Positions 40,221 to 51,800 are shown, counted from the stretch's first letter. The stretch is 64,000 nucleotides of DNA from Eubacteriales bacterium (GCA_045661325.1 JAZRFK010000041.1:15719-79718), one strand, 5' to 3'. Notes: generated by a model not told the origin, from the sequence alone. Program-made: numbers and translations.

Positions 40221-41462
40221 ATGAATCAAGCAATCTCTGCCTTTCCTGAAAGGCAGGCGCTATCCGTCGGTCAGCTCAGCCGATTGATAAAGGATCTGAT
40301 TGAAGGCTGCGATTTGCTGTCGGGCATCGCGGTGCGCGGCGAGATATCCAATTTAACCGTGCATCCCTCCGGGCACGTGTATTTTTCCTTGAAGGACGAG
40401 GAAAGTCTGATTAACGCGGTGATGTTTCGCTCAGCCGCATCGAGATTAAAGTTCTTGCCCAAAAACGGAATGAAGGTCGTTTTGTATTGCTCGGTTTCTA
40501 CCTACGCCAAAATGGGAAGATACCAGTTAAACGTAACCGCTATTGAGCCTGATGGAATGGGCGCGCTTTACCTTGCTTTTGAGCAGCTTAAAAGTAAGCT
40601 TGCCGCCGAGGGCCTTTTCGATAGAGAAAGAAAAAAGCCGTTGCCGAAAATTCCTTCGCGCATCGGCCTTATAACCTCGCCGACAGGCGCGGCAGTTCGA
40701 GATATGATTCGTATTTTGGGTAGCCGTTTCCCGTTTGCCGAGGTGCTCCTGTATCCCGCCTTGGTGCAGGGAATAGAAGCGCCCGAAAGCTTGCGAAGGG
40801 GATTGGCGTTTTTCAATGAAAAAAGGCCCGTTGACGTTATTATTATCGGACGGGGCGGCGGCTCTATGGAGGATCTCTTTGCCTTCAACGATGAGGCCTT
40901 GGCGCGCGCCGTTGCTTCTTCGCGTATTCCCGTGATTTCTGCCGTTGGGCATGAAACAGACTTTACCATTTGCGATTTTGTTGCCGATTTGCGCGCGGCG
41001 ACCCCGTCCAATGCGGCGGAGCTTGCCGTTCCCGAAATGGCGCATTTACTCGTGTCGCTTCAGAACGTGATAACAAAGATGAAGCTGCTTTGTGAGAAAA
41101 GGACGGCGTTTTTCAGGCGGCGTTTGGAGACCTTGGCAGAAAGTCGCGTTTTGACTGACCCAAGGGCGCTTTACGAAAGCAAGCGGCAAAGCCTTTTGTA
41201 TTTAGAGGAGGGCTTAACGCATAGCACCGAAAGGGCGCTCCTTTCCGCCAGGGCAACGCTTTCCGAAAGAGCGGCGCTCTTAGACGGGCTTAGCCCTTTA
41301 AAAACATTGGCGCGCGGCTATGCCGTTGCGACAGATGCTAATGGGCGGGCGCTTCGCGATGCCTCGCAGGCTGCACCGGGAGATACCTTGCATTTGCGGC
41401 TTCATAAAGGAAGCCTTCTGGTCGAGGTTAGCCAATCGAAATCTGAAACGGATTCGCTTTAG
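40221..41462 (+). CDS. xseA: Exodeoxyribonuclease VII large subunit
   Basis: An OB-fold N-terminus (VRGEISNLTVHPSGHVYFSLKDE) is followed by the catalytic region GRGGGSMEDLFAFNDE. The protein is 413 aa. Confidence 0.93.
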   Translation: MNQAISAFPERQALSVGQLSRLIKDLIEGCDLLSGIAVRGEISNLTVHPSGHVYFSLKDEESLINAVMFRSAASRLKFLPKNGMKVVLYCSVSTYAKMGRYQLNVTAIEPDGMGALYLAFEQLKSKLAAEGLFDRERKKPLPKIPSRIGLITSPTGAAVRDMIRILGSRFPFAEVLLYPALVQGIEAPESLRRGLAFFNEKRPVDVIIIGRGGGSMEDLFAFNDEALARAVASSRIPVISAVGHETDFTICDFVADLRAATPSNAAELAVPEMAHLLVSLQNVITKMKLLCEKRTAFFRRRLETLAESRVLTDPRALYESKRQSLLYLEEGLTHSTERALLSARATLSERAALLDGLSPLKTLARGYAVATDANGRALRDASQAAPGDTLHLRLHKGSLLVEVSQSKSETDSL

Positions 41463-41493
41463 GCTAAGGACAGAAAAGAAGAGAGGAAATAAT

Positions 41494-41739
41494 ATGAAAA
41501 TAGACAAAAACGAGTATACCTTTGAGTCTGCTCTTGTGCGCTTGGAGGCGATCGTCAAGAAGCTGGAGGCGGGCGAGGAAACGCTTGAATCCTCAATCGC
41601 TTTCTTTGAGGAAGGAATTTCCTTGGTTCACTTTTGCAGTGACGCTTTGACGTCTGCTGAACAGAAGGTGAATATCTTGTTAAACGATGGTAGTGAAGCT
41701 CCCTTTTCCTCCGAAGAGAGTGAAGAGAACAAGGCTTGA
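41494..41739 (+). CDS. xseB: Exodeoxyribonuclease VII small subunit
   Basis: The sequence is MKIDKNEYTFESALVRLEAIVKKLEAGEETLESSIAFFEEG. The RBS is GAGAGGAAA. It lies in-frame inside track ORF 41320-41739. Confidence 0.9.
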   Translation: MKIDKNEYTFESALVRLEAIVKKLEAGEETLESSIAFFEEGISLVHFCSDALTSAEQKVNILLNDGSEAPFSSEESEENKA

Positions 41740-41757
41740 CGGAAAGGGGTATCACAA

Positions 41758-42639
41758 ATGAAAACGATAGAAGAGAAGTTATTATCCTACGCGGGTAAGG
41801 TTGAGCATTTTTTGAGTCAATCCGTTTCAACGGACGATAAGGATTTGCTTTCGCTTTACGCATCTATGCGTTATAGCGTGATGGCGGGCGGAAAGCGCAT
41901 TCGTCCGTTCCTCGTGCTTGCCGTTTCCAAAATGTTTGGCGGCAAGGAGGAAAATGCCATTTATCTGGCCGCAGCCTTGGAAATGGTGCATACCTACTCC
42001 TTGATTCACGATGATCTGCCTTGTATGGATGATGACGATATGCGCCGCGGCAAACCGACCAACCATAAGATTTACGGTGAAGCAGTTGCCACTTTGGCGG
42101 GGGATGCGCTTTTGACGGGCGCCTTTGAGCTGATTGCCGCCAGCGGACTTTCGGATAGGGCTGTTCGGTATGCGGTTTTGACTCTTGCCTCTGCTGCGGG
42201 AGCAGACGGAATGGTGGGTGGACAGATTATGGATCTTTCCGCCTCCGAGGAAGAGGACGATTTTAACCGCTTGATTAAAATGCATTCCTTAAAGACGGGT
42301 GCTTTGATGGTTGCGGCCGTCAAGCTTGGGCTTCTTGCAGCCGAAAACATTTCGGAAAAGGATGTGGCTGCCATCAGCTCGTACGCCAGATACGTGGGCC
42401 TTGCCTTCCAAATCGTTGATGACGCATTGGACGTTGTGGGAGATGAAACGGAGCTCGGTAAGAGCACAGGTAAGGACGAGAAGGCAGGCAAAAAGACCTT
42501 TTTGCATTATTTCTCCGTAGAGGAGGCTATGCAGTACGCCTGCGAGCTGACCGAAAGAGCCAAGGCTGAAATTTCCGAGTATGAAAACAAGGAAACCTTG
42601 ATAGAGCTTGCCGATTATCTCTTAAAAAGACAGAAATAA
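41758..42639 (+). CDS. ispA: (2E,6E)-farnesyl/geranylgeranyl diphosphate synthase (polyprenyl synthetase family)
   Basis: It has the FARM motif LIHDDLPCMDDDDMRRG and the SARM motif FQIVDDALD. The protein is 293 aa. Confidence 0.9.
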   Translation: MKTIEEKLLSYAGKVEHFLSQSVSTDDKDLLSLYASMRYSVMAGGKRIRPFLVLAVSKMFGGKEENAIYLAAALEMVHTYSLIHDDLPCMDDDDMRRGKPTNHKIYGEAVATLAGDALLTGAFELIAASGLSDRAVRYAVLTLASAAGADGMVGGQIMDLSASEEEDDFNRLIKMHSLKTGALMVAAVKLGLLAAENISEKDVAAISSYARYVGLAFQIVDDALDVVGDETELGKSTGKDEKAGKKTFLHYFSVEEAMQYACELTERAKAEISEYENKETLIELADYLLKRQK

Positions 42640-42675
42640 CCATAAAGCAAAGAAAGAACAGGAGTTTTGTTTTTT

Positions 42676-43134
42676 ATGATTAGTCATATCTTGATTGCAT
42701 CCCTTACTGCTTGGCTGATTGCCCAGCTTCTGAAAATACTGATTGGCGTTATCGTGGATAAGAAGCTGGATTTTGTTAAGCTCTGGTCCTCTGGCGGTAT
42801 GCCAAGCTCCCATTCCTCCACGGTTTGCGCTTTGGCAACCGCGTGCGCGTACGTGCACGGCTGTGCTTCCACCGAATTTGCTATTGCCACCATTTTGGCC
42901 GTTGTTGTTATGTACGATGCGGCCGGTGTGCGCCGTGCGGTCGGTGAGCAGGCTAAAATTCTGAATAATATCAACAACGCCTTGCCTGAAAAAGGCCCCC
43001 GTCTGATGCAAAAGAATTTGAAGGAGCTCATCGGCCACACGCCCTTGCAGGTGGTTTTGGGAGCTTTGCTTGGTATTCTTATCGGATCTCTTTATCTCTG
43101 GATTGTTGGGGTGACGCCTTTTTATGCGGCTTGA
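42676..43134 (+). CDS. DUF212 / divergent PAP2 (YuiD-like) membrane protein
   Basis: GGMPSSHSSTVCALATA and YDAAGVRR motifs are present. The protein is about 152 aa and starts at ATG 42676. Confidence 0.8.
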   Translation: MISHILIASLTAWLIAQLLKILIGVIVDKKLDFVKLWSSGGMPSSHSSTVCALATACAYVHGCASTEFAIATILAVVVMYDAAGVRRAVGEQAKILNNINNALPEKGPRLMQKNLKELIGHTPLQVVLGALLGILIGSLYLWIVGVTPFYAA

Positions 43135-43861
43135 CGTTGCCTTGACGGCGCGCGCCTTGGCCGAAAGCCGTGCCAAAGCGCAGGAAATGATTGCCTTAGG
43201 TGTCGTTTCGGTAAACGGCGCGATTGTCAAAAAGGCCTCCTGGCAGGTTTTGGATACGGATACCGTTACCTTGGCGGAGAACGACCTGCAACGGTACGTT
43301 TCGCGCGGTGGCTTGAAGCTGGAAGGGGCGCTTAATGCCTTTGACGTTTCTGTGGCAGGGCGTGTATGCCTTGACGTCGGTGCTTCCAGCGGCGGCTTTA
43401 CCGATTGTCTTTTGCAAAGAGGTGCGCGGCTTGTATACGCCGTTGACGTTGGCGTTTCGCAGCTGCATCCTCGCTTGCAAAGAGACGAAAGGGTGGTCTC
43501 CTATGAAAAATATAATGCCAAGGAGCTGAAGCCTGCGGATTTCAAGGAGAAGCCGAGTCTTGTGGTGATGGACGTCTCCTTTATATCGCAAACCCTGCTT
43601 TATCCCGCGCTTGCGGGACTTTTGACCGAGGGCGATGAAATGATAACCTTGGTTAAGCCGCAGTTTGAGGTTGGCCGTGCCTTCGTTGGAAAGGGCGGCA
43701 TCGTTAAAAACAAAAAGGCTGTTTCCTTGGCGCTTGCGCGTGTAAAGGAGGCCGCCGAGGGCTTCGGCTTTGCGGTCTTAGGCGAAATTCCCTCGTCCAT
43801 TCTGGGCGGAGACGGAAACGCGGAATATCTATTTTACTTAAAGAGAAAGCCTATTGGTTGA
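43124..43861 (+). CDS. tlyA: TlyA-family rRNA 2'-O-methyltransferase (hemolysin A-like)
   Basis: An S4 domain (MRLDVALTARALAESRAKAQEMI) is followed by the FtsJ-like LDVGASSGGFTDCLLQRGA motif. Confidence 0.9.
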   Translation: MRLDVALTARALAESRAKAQEMIALGVVSVNGAIVKKASWQVLDTDTVTLAENDLQRYVSRGGLKLEGALNAFDVSVAGRVCLDVGASSGGFTDCLLQRGARLVYAVDVGVSQLHPRLQRDERVVSYEKYNAKELKPADFKEKPSLVVMDVSFISQTLLYPALAGLLTEGDEMITLVKPQFEVGRAFVGKGGIVKNKKAVSLALARVKEAAEGFGFAVLGEIPSSILGGDGNAEYLFYLKRKPIG

Positions 43862-43873
43862 GGAAGGAAGTGA

Positions 43874-44734
43874 TTGGCTTTGAAGAATATTGTGTTAATT
43901 TCCAATCAACAAAAGGACGAAGGGTATCTGGTGACCAAGGAGGTTATTGGGATTCTCTCGGGCTTTGGCGCAAAAATTTTTGTGGAGGCCTCGCTTCCTT
44001 GTGAATTAGAGGGCGTCGTTCGCTATGAGGTCGGTAGTTTTCCCAAGGAAGCGGAGCTTATTCTGGTTGTGGGCGGAGACGGAACGATGCTGCACGCAGC
44101 GGCTCTTGCCCTTGCCTATGACGTTGCCCTGCTTGGTATCAATATGGGGCGCCTTGGTTATTTAACCACCGTTGAGCGCACCGAGCTTTCGCTGCTTTCT
44201 CATTTGATGGACGATACATATACGGTAACGGAAAGAATGACTCTTTCGCTTTCCGTTTTGAATAAGAATGGCGACCGTCGCGAATTGCCGCACCTGGCCT
44301 TGAACGAAATCGTTGTGGCAGGTATGATGGGGCATTTGGCCGATATTCGCTTGTTTGAGGGCGGTGAGAGCCTTGATTATCGCGCCGATGGATTGATTTT
44401 GGCAACTCCCACAGGATCAACCGCCTACTCCCTTTCTGCAGGAGGGCCCGTTATGGAGGACAGTATGGATGCCATTTGCGTAACGCCGATTTGTCCGCGA
44501 TCCTTCTTCTCGCGCTCTCTGCTGTTTTCCGCAGATGCGAATTTGCGTATTGAAAGCATCGGCGTAAGACGGGAAGGGCTGTGCGTAACGGTGGACGGAA
44601 GAGATTCCTTCGTTTTGGAGGAGGGCGAGGCCTTGGAAATCAGGCAATCTCCCAAGAAGGTGCGGATTTTATCCTTGCAGCAAAAAAATCTTCTCCGTGT
44701 TTTGTGTACCAAAATGAAAATGAATCATTTTTAA
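43874..44734 (+). CDS. nadK: NAD kinase
   Basis: It has VVGGDGTML, NMGRLGYL and ATPTGSTAYSLSAGGP motifs. The start is TTG after AGGAAGGAAG. Confidence 0.92.
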   Translation: MALKNIVLISNQQKDEGYLVTKEVIGILSGFGAKIFVEASLPCELEGVVRYEVGSFPKEAELILVVGGDGTMLHAAALALAYDVALLGINMGRLGYLTTVERTELSLLSHLMDDTYTVTERMTLSLSVLNKNGDRRELPHLALNEIVVAGMMGHLADIRLFEGGESLDYRADGLILATPTGSTAYSLSAGGPVMEDSMDAICVTPICPRSFFSRSLLFSADANLRIESIGVRREGLCVTVDGRDSFVLEEGEALEIRQSPKKVRILSLQQKNLLRVLCTKMKMNHF

Positions 44735-44756
44735 AGAATGGTAGGGTGATGTCGAA

Positions 44757-45212
44757 ATGGGACAGAAGCAGGACAGACAAAAGAAAATTCTGGAGCTTAT
44801 CGAGAAGGAAAGCGTAACGACCCAAGAGGATATGATAGCACGCCTGCGCGAAAGCGGCTTTGATGTGACGCAGGCAACGGTTTCTCGTGACATTCGTGAA
44901 ATGGGCTTGGTAAAGAAAACGGACAAAAACGGTGTTTGCCATTACGTTGAAATCTCCTTTCACGGTAAGAAGGGCGGTATTCATCACGCTCTGACAGATT
45001 CCGTTTTAAAAGTGGATTTTGCGGGCAATATGCTGGTTATCAAAACCCTGCCCGGTATGGCGAGTGCCGTTGCCACCTGGGTAGATTCTTTGGACAGAGA
45101 AGAGATTCTCGGCAGTATCGCAGGAGATGACGCTATCTTCGTGGTGGTGCGCGAGGAGAACGTGGCCCACAAGCTTTGTAAGGAGCTGTCTCGCAAAATC
45201 AATGCGCTTTGA
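44757..45212 (+). CDS. argR: Arginine repressor ArgR/AhrC
   Basis: A winged HTH (TTQEDMIARLRESGFDVTQATVSRDIREMGLVK) is followed by the C-terminal GSIAGDDAIFVV motif. Confidence 0.93.
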   Translation: MGQKQDRQKKILELIEKESVTTQEDMIARLRESGFDVTQATVSRDIREMGLVKKTDKNGVCHYVEISFHGKKGGIHHALTDSVLKVDFAGNMLVIKTLPGMASAVATWVDSLDREEILGSIAGDDAIFVVVREENVAHKLCKELSRKINAL

Positions 45213-45242
45213 TGCGTTAAATTATCAAAAAGGAGAGCAGCT

Positions 45243-46928
45243 ATGATTTCTGCGCTTCATATTGAAAATCTTGCCGTCATAAAAAAGCTGGACGTGGATT
45301 TTTCCGCAGGCTTTACGGTTTTGACGGGTGAGACGGGTGCGGGAAAAAGCGTTATGCTGGAAAGCCTGCGCTTGCTTCTCGGCGCAAAGGCGGATAAGGA
45401 GCTTCTGCGTCACGGAGAAACCGTCGCAACCGTTTGCGCGGTATTTCAGTCCCTTTCTCCCAAAACGGTAGCGGCGCTTGCCGCGCTTGCCGTTGAAACG
45501 GATGAGGAAGGCGCTTTGGAGCTGCAAAGAAGCTTTGGTGAGGACGGAAAAAGCACCTCGCGCATCAATGGAAGAGCGGTTTCTCTTTCTGTGTTGAAGG
45601 AGGCTGCCGCCCTTTTGCTGCATATTCACGGGCAGGAGGATACGGCCTTTTTGCGTAAAGAGGAAAGTGCCTTGGCGATACTGGATGCAGCGGCGCACAA
45701 CGAGCGCGAGCTTTTGGCGTATCGATGCGAGTTTGAAAGGCTTGAGGAGCTTCGCCACCAAAGAGAAAAATTGGAAATAGACGAGGCGGAGAAGGAGCGT
45801 CGCATCGAGACGCTTCGCTATCAGACCGAGGAAATAAAAGAGGTTAATCTGAAAAAAGGCGACGAAGAGGCGCTTTTTGATGAAAAGCTCCGCTTGAAAA
45901 ATATTGAAAAAATAACCAAGCAGACCTCCTTTGCGTACCGCGCTTTGCGCGGCGGCGAGAAGGGAAACGTTTGCTCGGTTTTGCAAAAGGTTGTTTTGGC
46001 TGTTGAGACCTTGGGCGAGGTTATTCCGCGTGCGGCGGAAATAGCCGAGCTTTTGGAAGACGAGCTTTCGCAGCTTGACGATATTGCCGAGGAAATTCGC
46101 GCAATGGCGGATTTTGACGGTGAGGATCCGACGGAAGCATTGGACAGGGTGGAAACCCGCCTTGCCGACATACAGCGCCTTTTGCGTAAATACGGGCCTA
46201 CGGAGGAGGCGGTTCTTTCCTATCTTGAAAAGAGCCTTGAGGAGCTTTCCTCCTTGGAGGAGTTAGATAGCAGACGCGAGGAGTTAGACGCGCGCTACGC
46301 CGAGCAGCTTATACGGACCGAGGCGGTAGCGAAAGCGCTTCACGAAACGAGAGCCAAGGCAACGGAGGCTTTGGAGGGCGAGGTTTCAGCCTTGCTTGAA
46401 AAGCTGGATTTGCCCAAGGCCAAGTTCTCCATTGATTTGCAAATAAGAGAAAAAAGCAGTCTTCATTATTTGACCGAGAACGGATATGATAGCGTTTCCT
46501 TCTTAGCTACCTTGAACGAGGGAGAGCCGATGCTTCCCATCAATCACGTGGCCTCAGGGGGAGAAATGGCAAGAATCGTTTTGGCCTTGAAGTGCGTTAT
46601 CGCGCGGCACGATGGGCTTCCCACCGTCATTTTTGACGAGGTGGATAGCGGTGTTTCGGGAAAAACCTCCCGAAAAATCGGCTTTTGCTTAAAGGAAGCA
46701 TCCGAGGGAATTCAGATGCTTTGCATTACCCATTCGGCGCAAATTGCCTCCTTGGCGGATAGTCACTACTTAATGAAAAAGCAAACGCGCGATGGAAGAA
46801 CGGAGGCCTCTGTTTCTCTTCTGGACAGAGAAGAGCGTATTGCAGAGCTTTCCCGCATTCTCGGCGGTATTCATATTACGGATGCACAACGAAAAGCTGC
46901 GGCAGATATGCTTTCTTATCAAATTTGA
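45243..46928 (+). CDS. recN: DNA repair protein RecN
   Basis: It has LTGETGAGKS (Walker A), a long coiled-coil, the SGGE signature (ASGGEMARIVLAL) and Walker B VIFDEVDSG. The protein is 561 aa. Confidence 0.95.
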   Translation: MISALHIENLAVIKKLDVDFSAGFTVLTGETGAGKSVMLESLRLLLGAKADKELLRHGETVATVCAVFQSLSPKTVAALAALAVETDEEGALELQRSFGEDGKSTSRINGRAVSLSVLKEAAALLLHIHGQEDTAFLRKEESALAILDAAAHNERELLAYRCEFERLEELRHQREKLEIDEAEKERRIETLRYQTEEIKEVNLKKGDEEALFDEKLRLKNIEKITKQTSFAYRALRGGEKGNVCSVLQKVVLAVETLGEVIPRAAEIAELLEDELSQLDDIAEEIRAMADFDGEDPTEALDRVETRLADIQRLLRKYGPTEEAVLSYLEKSLEELSSLEELDSRREELDARYAEQLIRTEAVAKALHETRAKATEALEGEVSALLEKLDLPKAKFSIDLQIREKSSLHYLTENGYDSVSFLATLNEGEPMLPINHVASGGEMARIVLALKCVIARHDGLPTVIFDEVDSGVSGKTSRKIGFCLKEASEGIQMLCITHSAQIASLADSHYLMKKQTRDGRTEASVSLLDREERIAELSRILGGIHITDAQRKAAADMLSYQI

Positions 46929-46995
46929 TTCAAAGAAGCAGGATGCGGCTTCCCCCATATAATGCAAACAGTAAGCTTATTAGGGGGAAACGAGA

Positions 46996-47895
46996 ATGCG
47001 TGCTTTACGGGAATTTTGTTTATCATCAAACATCGTTGGGCTTTGGGACACACCCTTGTCTCTTTATTCCTCTTTTCGCATAGGGGGGCGGGCAGAAGCC
47101 TTGCTTTTTCCCTCAAACGAGGAGGAGCTCTCTCGGCTTTTGGTCTTTCTTCAGGCGCAAGGAATCCGCTTTCGCGTAATTGGCAATGCGACCAATCTCT
47201 TGTTTTCGGATGAGGGATACAAAGGTGCCTTGATTACCACAAGGCATATGCGCTCTCTTTCCTTGGACGGAAACGGTGTGCGAAGTGCCGCGGGCGTTTC
47301 CTTGAATGACCTTGTACGCTTTTCTTCGGAAAAGGGCCTTGGCGGTATGGAGCAATTATACGGCATACCGGGAACGGTCGGCGGCGCTGTTTGTATGAAT
47401 GCAGGCGCCTTTGGTGCCGAGATTGCCTCCTTTCTTTCTCTTGTGAACGTATGGGATAGCGCCCGGTCACAAATGCGCGTAATGAGGGCAGAGGATTGTC
47501 TGTTTTCCTATCGTGAAAGCGTTTTTTCCTTGAAAAAGGAATGGATTATATTGTCGGCAACCTTTCATTTAGAGAAGGTTGCCAGAGAAAAAAGCCGCGC
47601 TCTTATGCGTGACGTTTTAAAAAAAAGGCAGGAAAAGCAGCCCTTGTCCTTGCCGAGCGCAGGGAGCGTTTTTCGCCGTCCGAAAGGCCATTTTGTCGGC
47701 GCCTTGGTAGAAAAGGCGGGCTTGCTTGGCAAGCAAATCGGAAATGCGGCCGTTTCGGAAAAGCACGGCGGCTTTATCGTCAATCTCGGCGGTGCGAGGG
47801 CAAAGGATGTTTTGGCCTTGATTGACCTTATCAAAGAAGAAATTATGGAGCGCTTCGGGGTCTCCCTGGCGCTTGAAATCGAATACATAGAATAG
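46996..47895 (+). CDS. murB: UDP-N-acetylenolpyruvoylglucosamine reductase MurB
   Basis: An FAD-binding domain (SFRIGGRAEALLFP, GNATNLLFSD) and the C-terminal GSVFRRP motif are present. The protein is 299 aa. Confidence 0.92.
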   Translation: MRALREFCLSSNIVGLWDTPLSLYSSFRIGGRAEALLFPSNEEELSRLLVFLQAQGIRFRVIGNATNLLFSDEGYKGALITTRHMRSLSLDGNGVRSAAGVSLNDLVRFSSEKGLGGMEQLYGIPGTVGGAVCMNAGAFGAEIASFLSLVNVWDSARSQMRVMRAEDCLFSYRESVFSLKKEWIILSATFHLEKVAREKSRALMRDVLKKRQEKQPLSLPSAGSVFRRPKGHFVGALVEKAGLLGKQIGNAAVSEKHGGFIVNLGGARAKDVLALIDLIKEEIMERFGVSLALEIEYIE

Positions 47896-47922
47896 ACTGT
47901 ATCAAGAAACGGGGAAGCTGAA

Positions 47923-48813
47923 ATGGCGTTTTTGAACGATATTAAAAAGGAAATATGCGACACCGCGTACAAAACCTCTTGCTGTCGCAGAATGATGCTC
48001 TTCGGCATCTTGTCTGCGCGCGCGTTTATCGGAGAGGATGACGAGATTTTCTTGCGTATGGTGGACGAAAACGCCACAGCTCTTGCCCAAAAGCTGATTA
48101 ATGAGCAGTTTGGCAGACAAGCAGAAAGGCTTCCGCAGCTGCACGGTGGCCGTCTTCACGTTTTCCGCTTTAAAAGCTTCAGCGCCAAGAAATTTTTAAC
48201 GGAGCTTGAACCGCGTTTTTTGGCATCTCACCCTCCCTTTGCCTGCGAGAATTGTGCTACGGCCTATTTACGCGGTATTTTCTTGGTGGCAGGGCGTATC
48301 ACCGACCCGTTGAAGAATTATCATTTAGAGCTTTCCTTAGGGGATAGAGCAGAAGCTTTCCGCACCTTTTTTGAACGGGAATATAACATTTCCTTCAAGA
48401 TGGCACACCGCCGTGCCGAGACGCTTTTGTATTTGAAGGATTCCTCAATGGTGGAGGAATTTATGGCGCATATGCAAAGCAACGATTCGGTTTTTAAATT
48501 TATCAACTGCAAAATCGAAAAGCAATTCCGAAACGATATTAACCGTCGCACCAACTGTGAAGCGAGCAATATCAATCGCTCGGTAGATGCCTCGGCGCGC
48601 GTGTTGCGCGTTTTGAAAAAGATGGAAGCGCAGGATCTTTTGACCTCCTTGCCGGACGAGCTGGCAGAAACGGCGCGCTTGCGCTTAAAGCATCCTGAAG
48701 AGAGCTTGGCTCAGCTTGCCGCTCTCGCCTCGCCGCCCATCAGTAAATCGGGTATGAACCATCGCATAAAGCGTATTCTGGCCTTCGCCGAAAAAATGAA
48801 TATCAAAGTATAG
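47923..48813 (+). CDS. whiA: DNA-binding protein WhiA
   Basis: The protein is 296 aa with a LAGLIDADG-like core (YLRGIFLVAGRITDP) and a C-terminal HTH (ISKSGMNHRIKRI). Confidence 0.88.
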   Translation: MAFLNDIKKEICDTAYKTSCCRRMMLFGILSARAFIGEDDEIFLRMVDENATALAQKLINEQFGRQAERLPQLHGGRLHVFRFKSFSAKKFLTELEPRFLASHPPFACENCATAYLRGIFLVAGRITDPLKNYHLELSLGDRAEAFRTFFEREYNISFKMAHRRAETLLYLKDSSMVEEFMAHMQSNDSVFKFINCKIEKQFRNDINRRTNCEASNINRSVDASARVLRVLKKMEAQDLLTSLPDELAETARLRLKHPEESLAQLAALASPPISKSGMNHRIKRILAFAEKMNIKV

Positions 48814-48861
48814 AATGTTTCTTATTCCCACGGGGAAAGATGAAAAGAAAGGAGATACGGT

Positions 48862-51800
48862 ATGAAAGATTTCGTTCATTTGCATCTGCACAGCGAATAT
48901 AGCCTTCTGGACGGCGCGTGCCGTATCGCAGAGATCCCGAAGGCCGCCAAAGCGGCAGGACACAAGGCCGTTGCCGTCACCGATCACGGAGCGCTTTTCG
49001 GGGCAGTGCATTTTTATAAGGCCTGTATGAAGGAGGGCGTGAAGCCCATTATCGGCTGCGAGGTATACGTGGCAAGGCGTAGCCGCTTTGACAAGGCAGG
49101 GAAGCAGGATTCTTCGGGAAACCATCTCGTTCTTTTGGTAAAAAATGAAACGGGCTATCGCAATCTGATAAAAATGGTTTCGCTCAGCTATACCGAGGGC
49201 TTTTATTCCCGTCCCCGTATTGATTTGGAGCTTTTGCGCGAAAACGCAGAGGGCCTGATAGCCCTTTCTGCCTGCGTTGCGGGACAAATTCCGCGCGATA
49301 TTTTAGCAGGCGATATGGAAGCGGCCTTCCGCGATGCCACCCTTCTGCAAGAAATTATGGGCAAGGGCAATTTCTATCTTGAATTGCAAAATCACGGAAC
49401 GGAGGAGGAAAAAACCGTTCGTGATGCCCTTGTGGAAATTTCCGAAAAAAGCGGTATTCCTCTGGTGGCAACCAATGACGTGCATTATCTGAAAAAGAGT
49501 GACGCTGAAAACCAAGCGGTTCTGATGTGCGTGCAAACGGGAAGCGTTCTGACGGACGGCAGACCCTTGGGCTTTGAAAGCAACGAATTTTACTATAAAA
49601 GCACACAGGAGATGGAGAGCTTGTTCGGCGCGTATCAAGGTGCGGTGGAAAACACGGGCCTGATAGCCGATGCTTGTGATTTTCAGTTCTCCTTTGGCAA
49701 TTTCTTACTTCCCGTGTACCGTACCGAAGGTATTTCTCAGGAGGCCTTTTTGCGCGCTTTGGCGGAAAAGGGGCTTTCCGAGAAGGCAAGCGCGGGCGCT
49801 CTTTGCTTGGAGCGCTTTACGCTTGAGGACTACAAGGCCCGTATGGATTATGAGCTTTCTGTTATACACCGTATGGGTTTTGATTCCTATTTTCTTGTGG
49901 TTTGGGATTTCGTCAACTATGCGAAAAAGCAGAGAATTGCCGTTGGCCCCGGTCGAGGCTCTGGCGCGGGAAGCCTTGTTGCCTTTCTCATTGGCATTAC
50001 CGACGTTGATTCCTTACAGTATGATCTCCTTTTTGAGAGGTTTTTGAATCCCGAAAGAATTTCTATGCCGGACTTTGATATTGACTTTGCCGACAACCGT
50101 CGCGACGAGGTTATTGCATATGTCAGAGAGCGCTATGGAGATGCACACGTGGCACAGATTATCACCTTCGGAACGATGGCCGCGCGCGCCGCTATTCGAG
50201 ACGTTGGAAGAGCTCTGGGTATGCCGTACGGCGAGGTAGATGCCGTGGCAAAGCTTGTGCCGCGCGAGCTGGGTATTACCATTAAGGACGCTTTAAAAAG
50301 CAAGGAGCTTTCCGCCAAATATGAGGAGTCCTATGCGGTTCGGCGTCTTTTGGATATTTCTATGGCCTTGGAGGGAATGCCGCGTCACGCATCAACGCAC
50401 GCCGCAGGCGTGGTTATCACCCCCAACCCCGTCAGCGATTACGTCCCTCTTTCTCAAAACGGGGATATTACCGTAACAGAGTACGATATGGACACCGTTG
50501 CGGAGCTTGGACTCATTAAGTTTGATTTCTTGGGCATTCGCTATCTTACCATCATTGCCGATGCCGAAAGGGAAATACGGGAAAAGGATCCGTCCTTCTC
50601 TGTGGAGAATATTCCGCTTGACGACGAGGATGCTTACCGCATGATTGGTGACGGCGATACGATGGGCGTTTTTCAGCTCGAATCGGGTGGAATGCGGCAA
50701 ATGCTGATGCATTTAAAGCCTTCCTCCATCGAGGAAATAACGGCGGCTATCGCCTTGTACCGTCCCGGCCCTATGGATTCCATTCCGCATTATATCGCCA
50801 GAAAATTCGGTAAAGAGGCGGTCAGCTACGATACTGCGGCACTTGAGCCTGTTTTGAAGGTCACCTACGGGTGCATCGTGTATCAGGAGCAGGTTATGCA
50901 GATTTTTCGCGATTTGGCCGGCTACTCTTTGGCGCGTGCTGACCTTGTTCGACGGGCTATGGCCAAGAAGAAGGCAGAGGTACTGGAAAAGGAAAGAATT
51001 TCCTTTATGGAGGGCTGCTTGAAATCGGGCATCTCCGAAAGCACTGCGGGAAAAATCTTTGATAATATGGCGAGCTTTGCCAAGTATGCCTTTAACAAGA
51101 GTCACGCAACTGCCTACGCCGTTACCACCTATCGCACCGCTTATTTAAAGCGCCATTATCCTGCCGCGTATTTTTCTGCACTTTTAACCTCTGTGTTAGG
51201 GTCGCAGACCAAGGTGGCAGAGTATATATCTGAGGCAGGGAAGCGCGGTATTCGCGTTTTGCCTCCCGACATTAACGAAAGCCGTCTTTTGTTCTCCGTG
51301 TCGGGAAAGGACATTCGCTTCGGCCTTTTGGCTCTCAAAAACGTCGGGCGAAGCTTCGTGGATTTCCTGATAAGAGAGCGTGAGCGAAACGGAGAATATC
51401 AGAGCTTCGAAAGCTTTTTATCCCGTGTCGCAGAGGCGGATTTGAATAAGCGCCAAATCGAATCTCTCATTAAAAGCGGCGCCTTTGATAGTCTCGGGGT
51501 TTTCAGAAGCCGTTTGCTTGCTACCTATGAGCAGCAGTTAGAGGCTGTCGTTTCGCACCACCACGGCAACGTGTCGGGTCAGCTTGATTTGTTCAGCGCG
51601 ATGGGAGCGGAGGACGAAAGCCTTGCTTATTCTTATCCCGAGCTTCCCGAGTTTTCAACCCGTGAGCTTCTTCTTTTAGAAAAGGAAAGCTCAGGTCTCT
51701 ATTTCAGTGGACATCTGTTGGATGATTATGCGCTGGATATCGCCTCTGAAAAGCAGGATGAAATCGTTGATATTTTAGCTTGCTTTGATGAGGGCAGAGA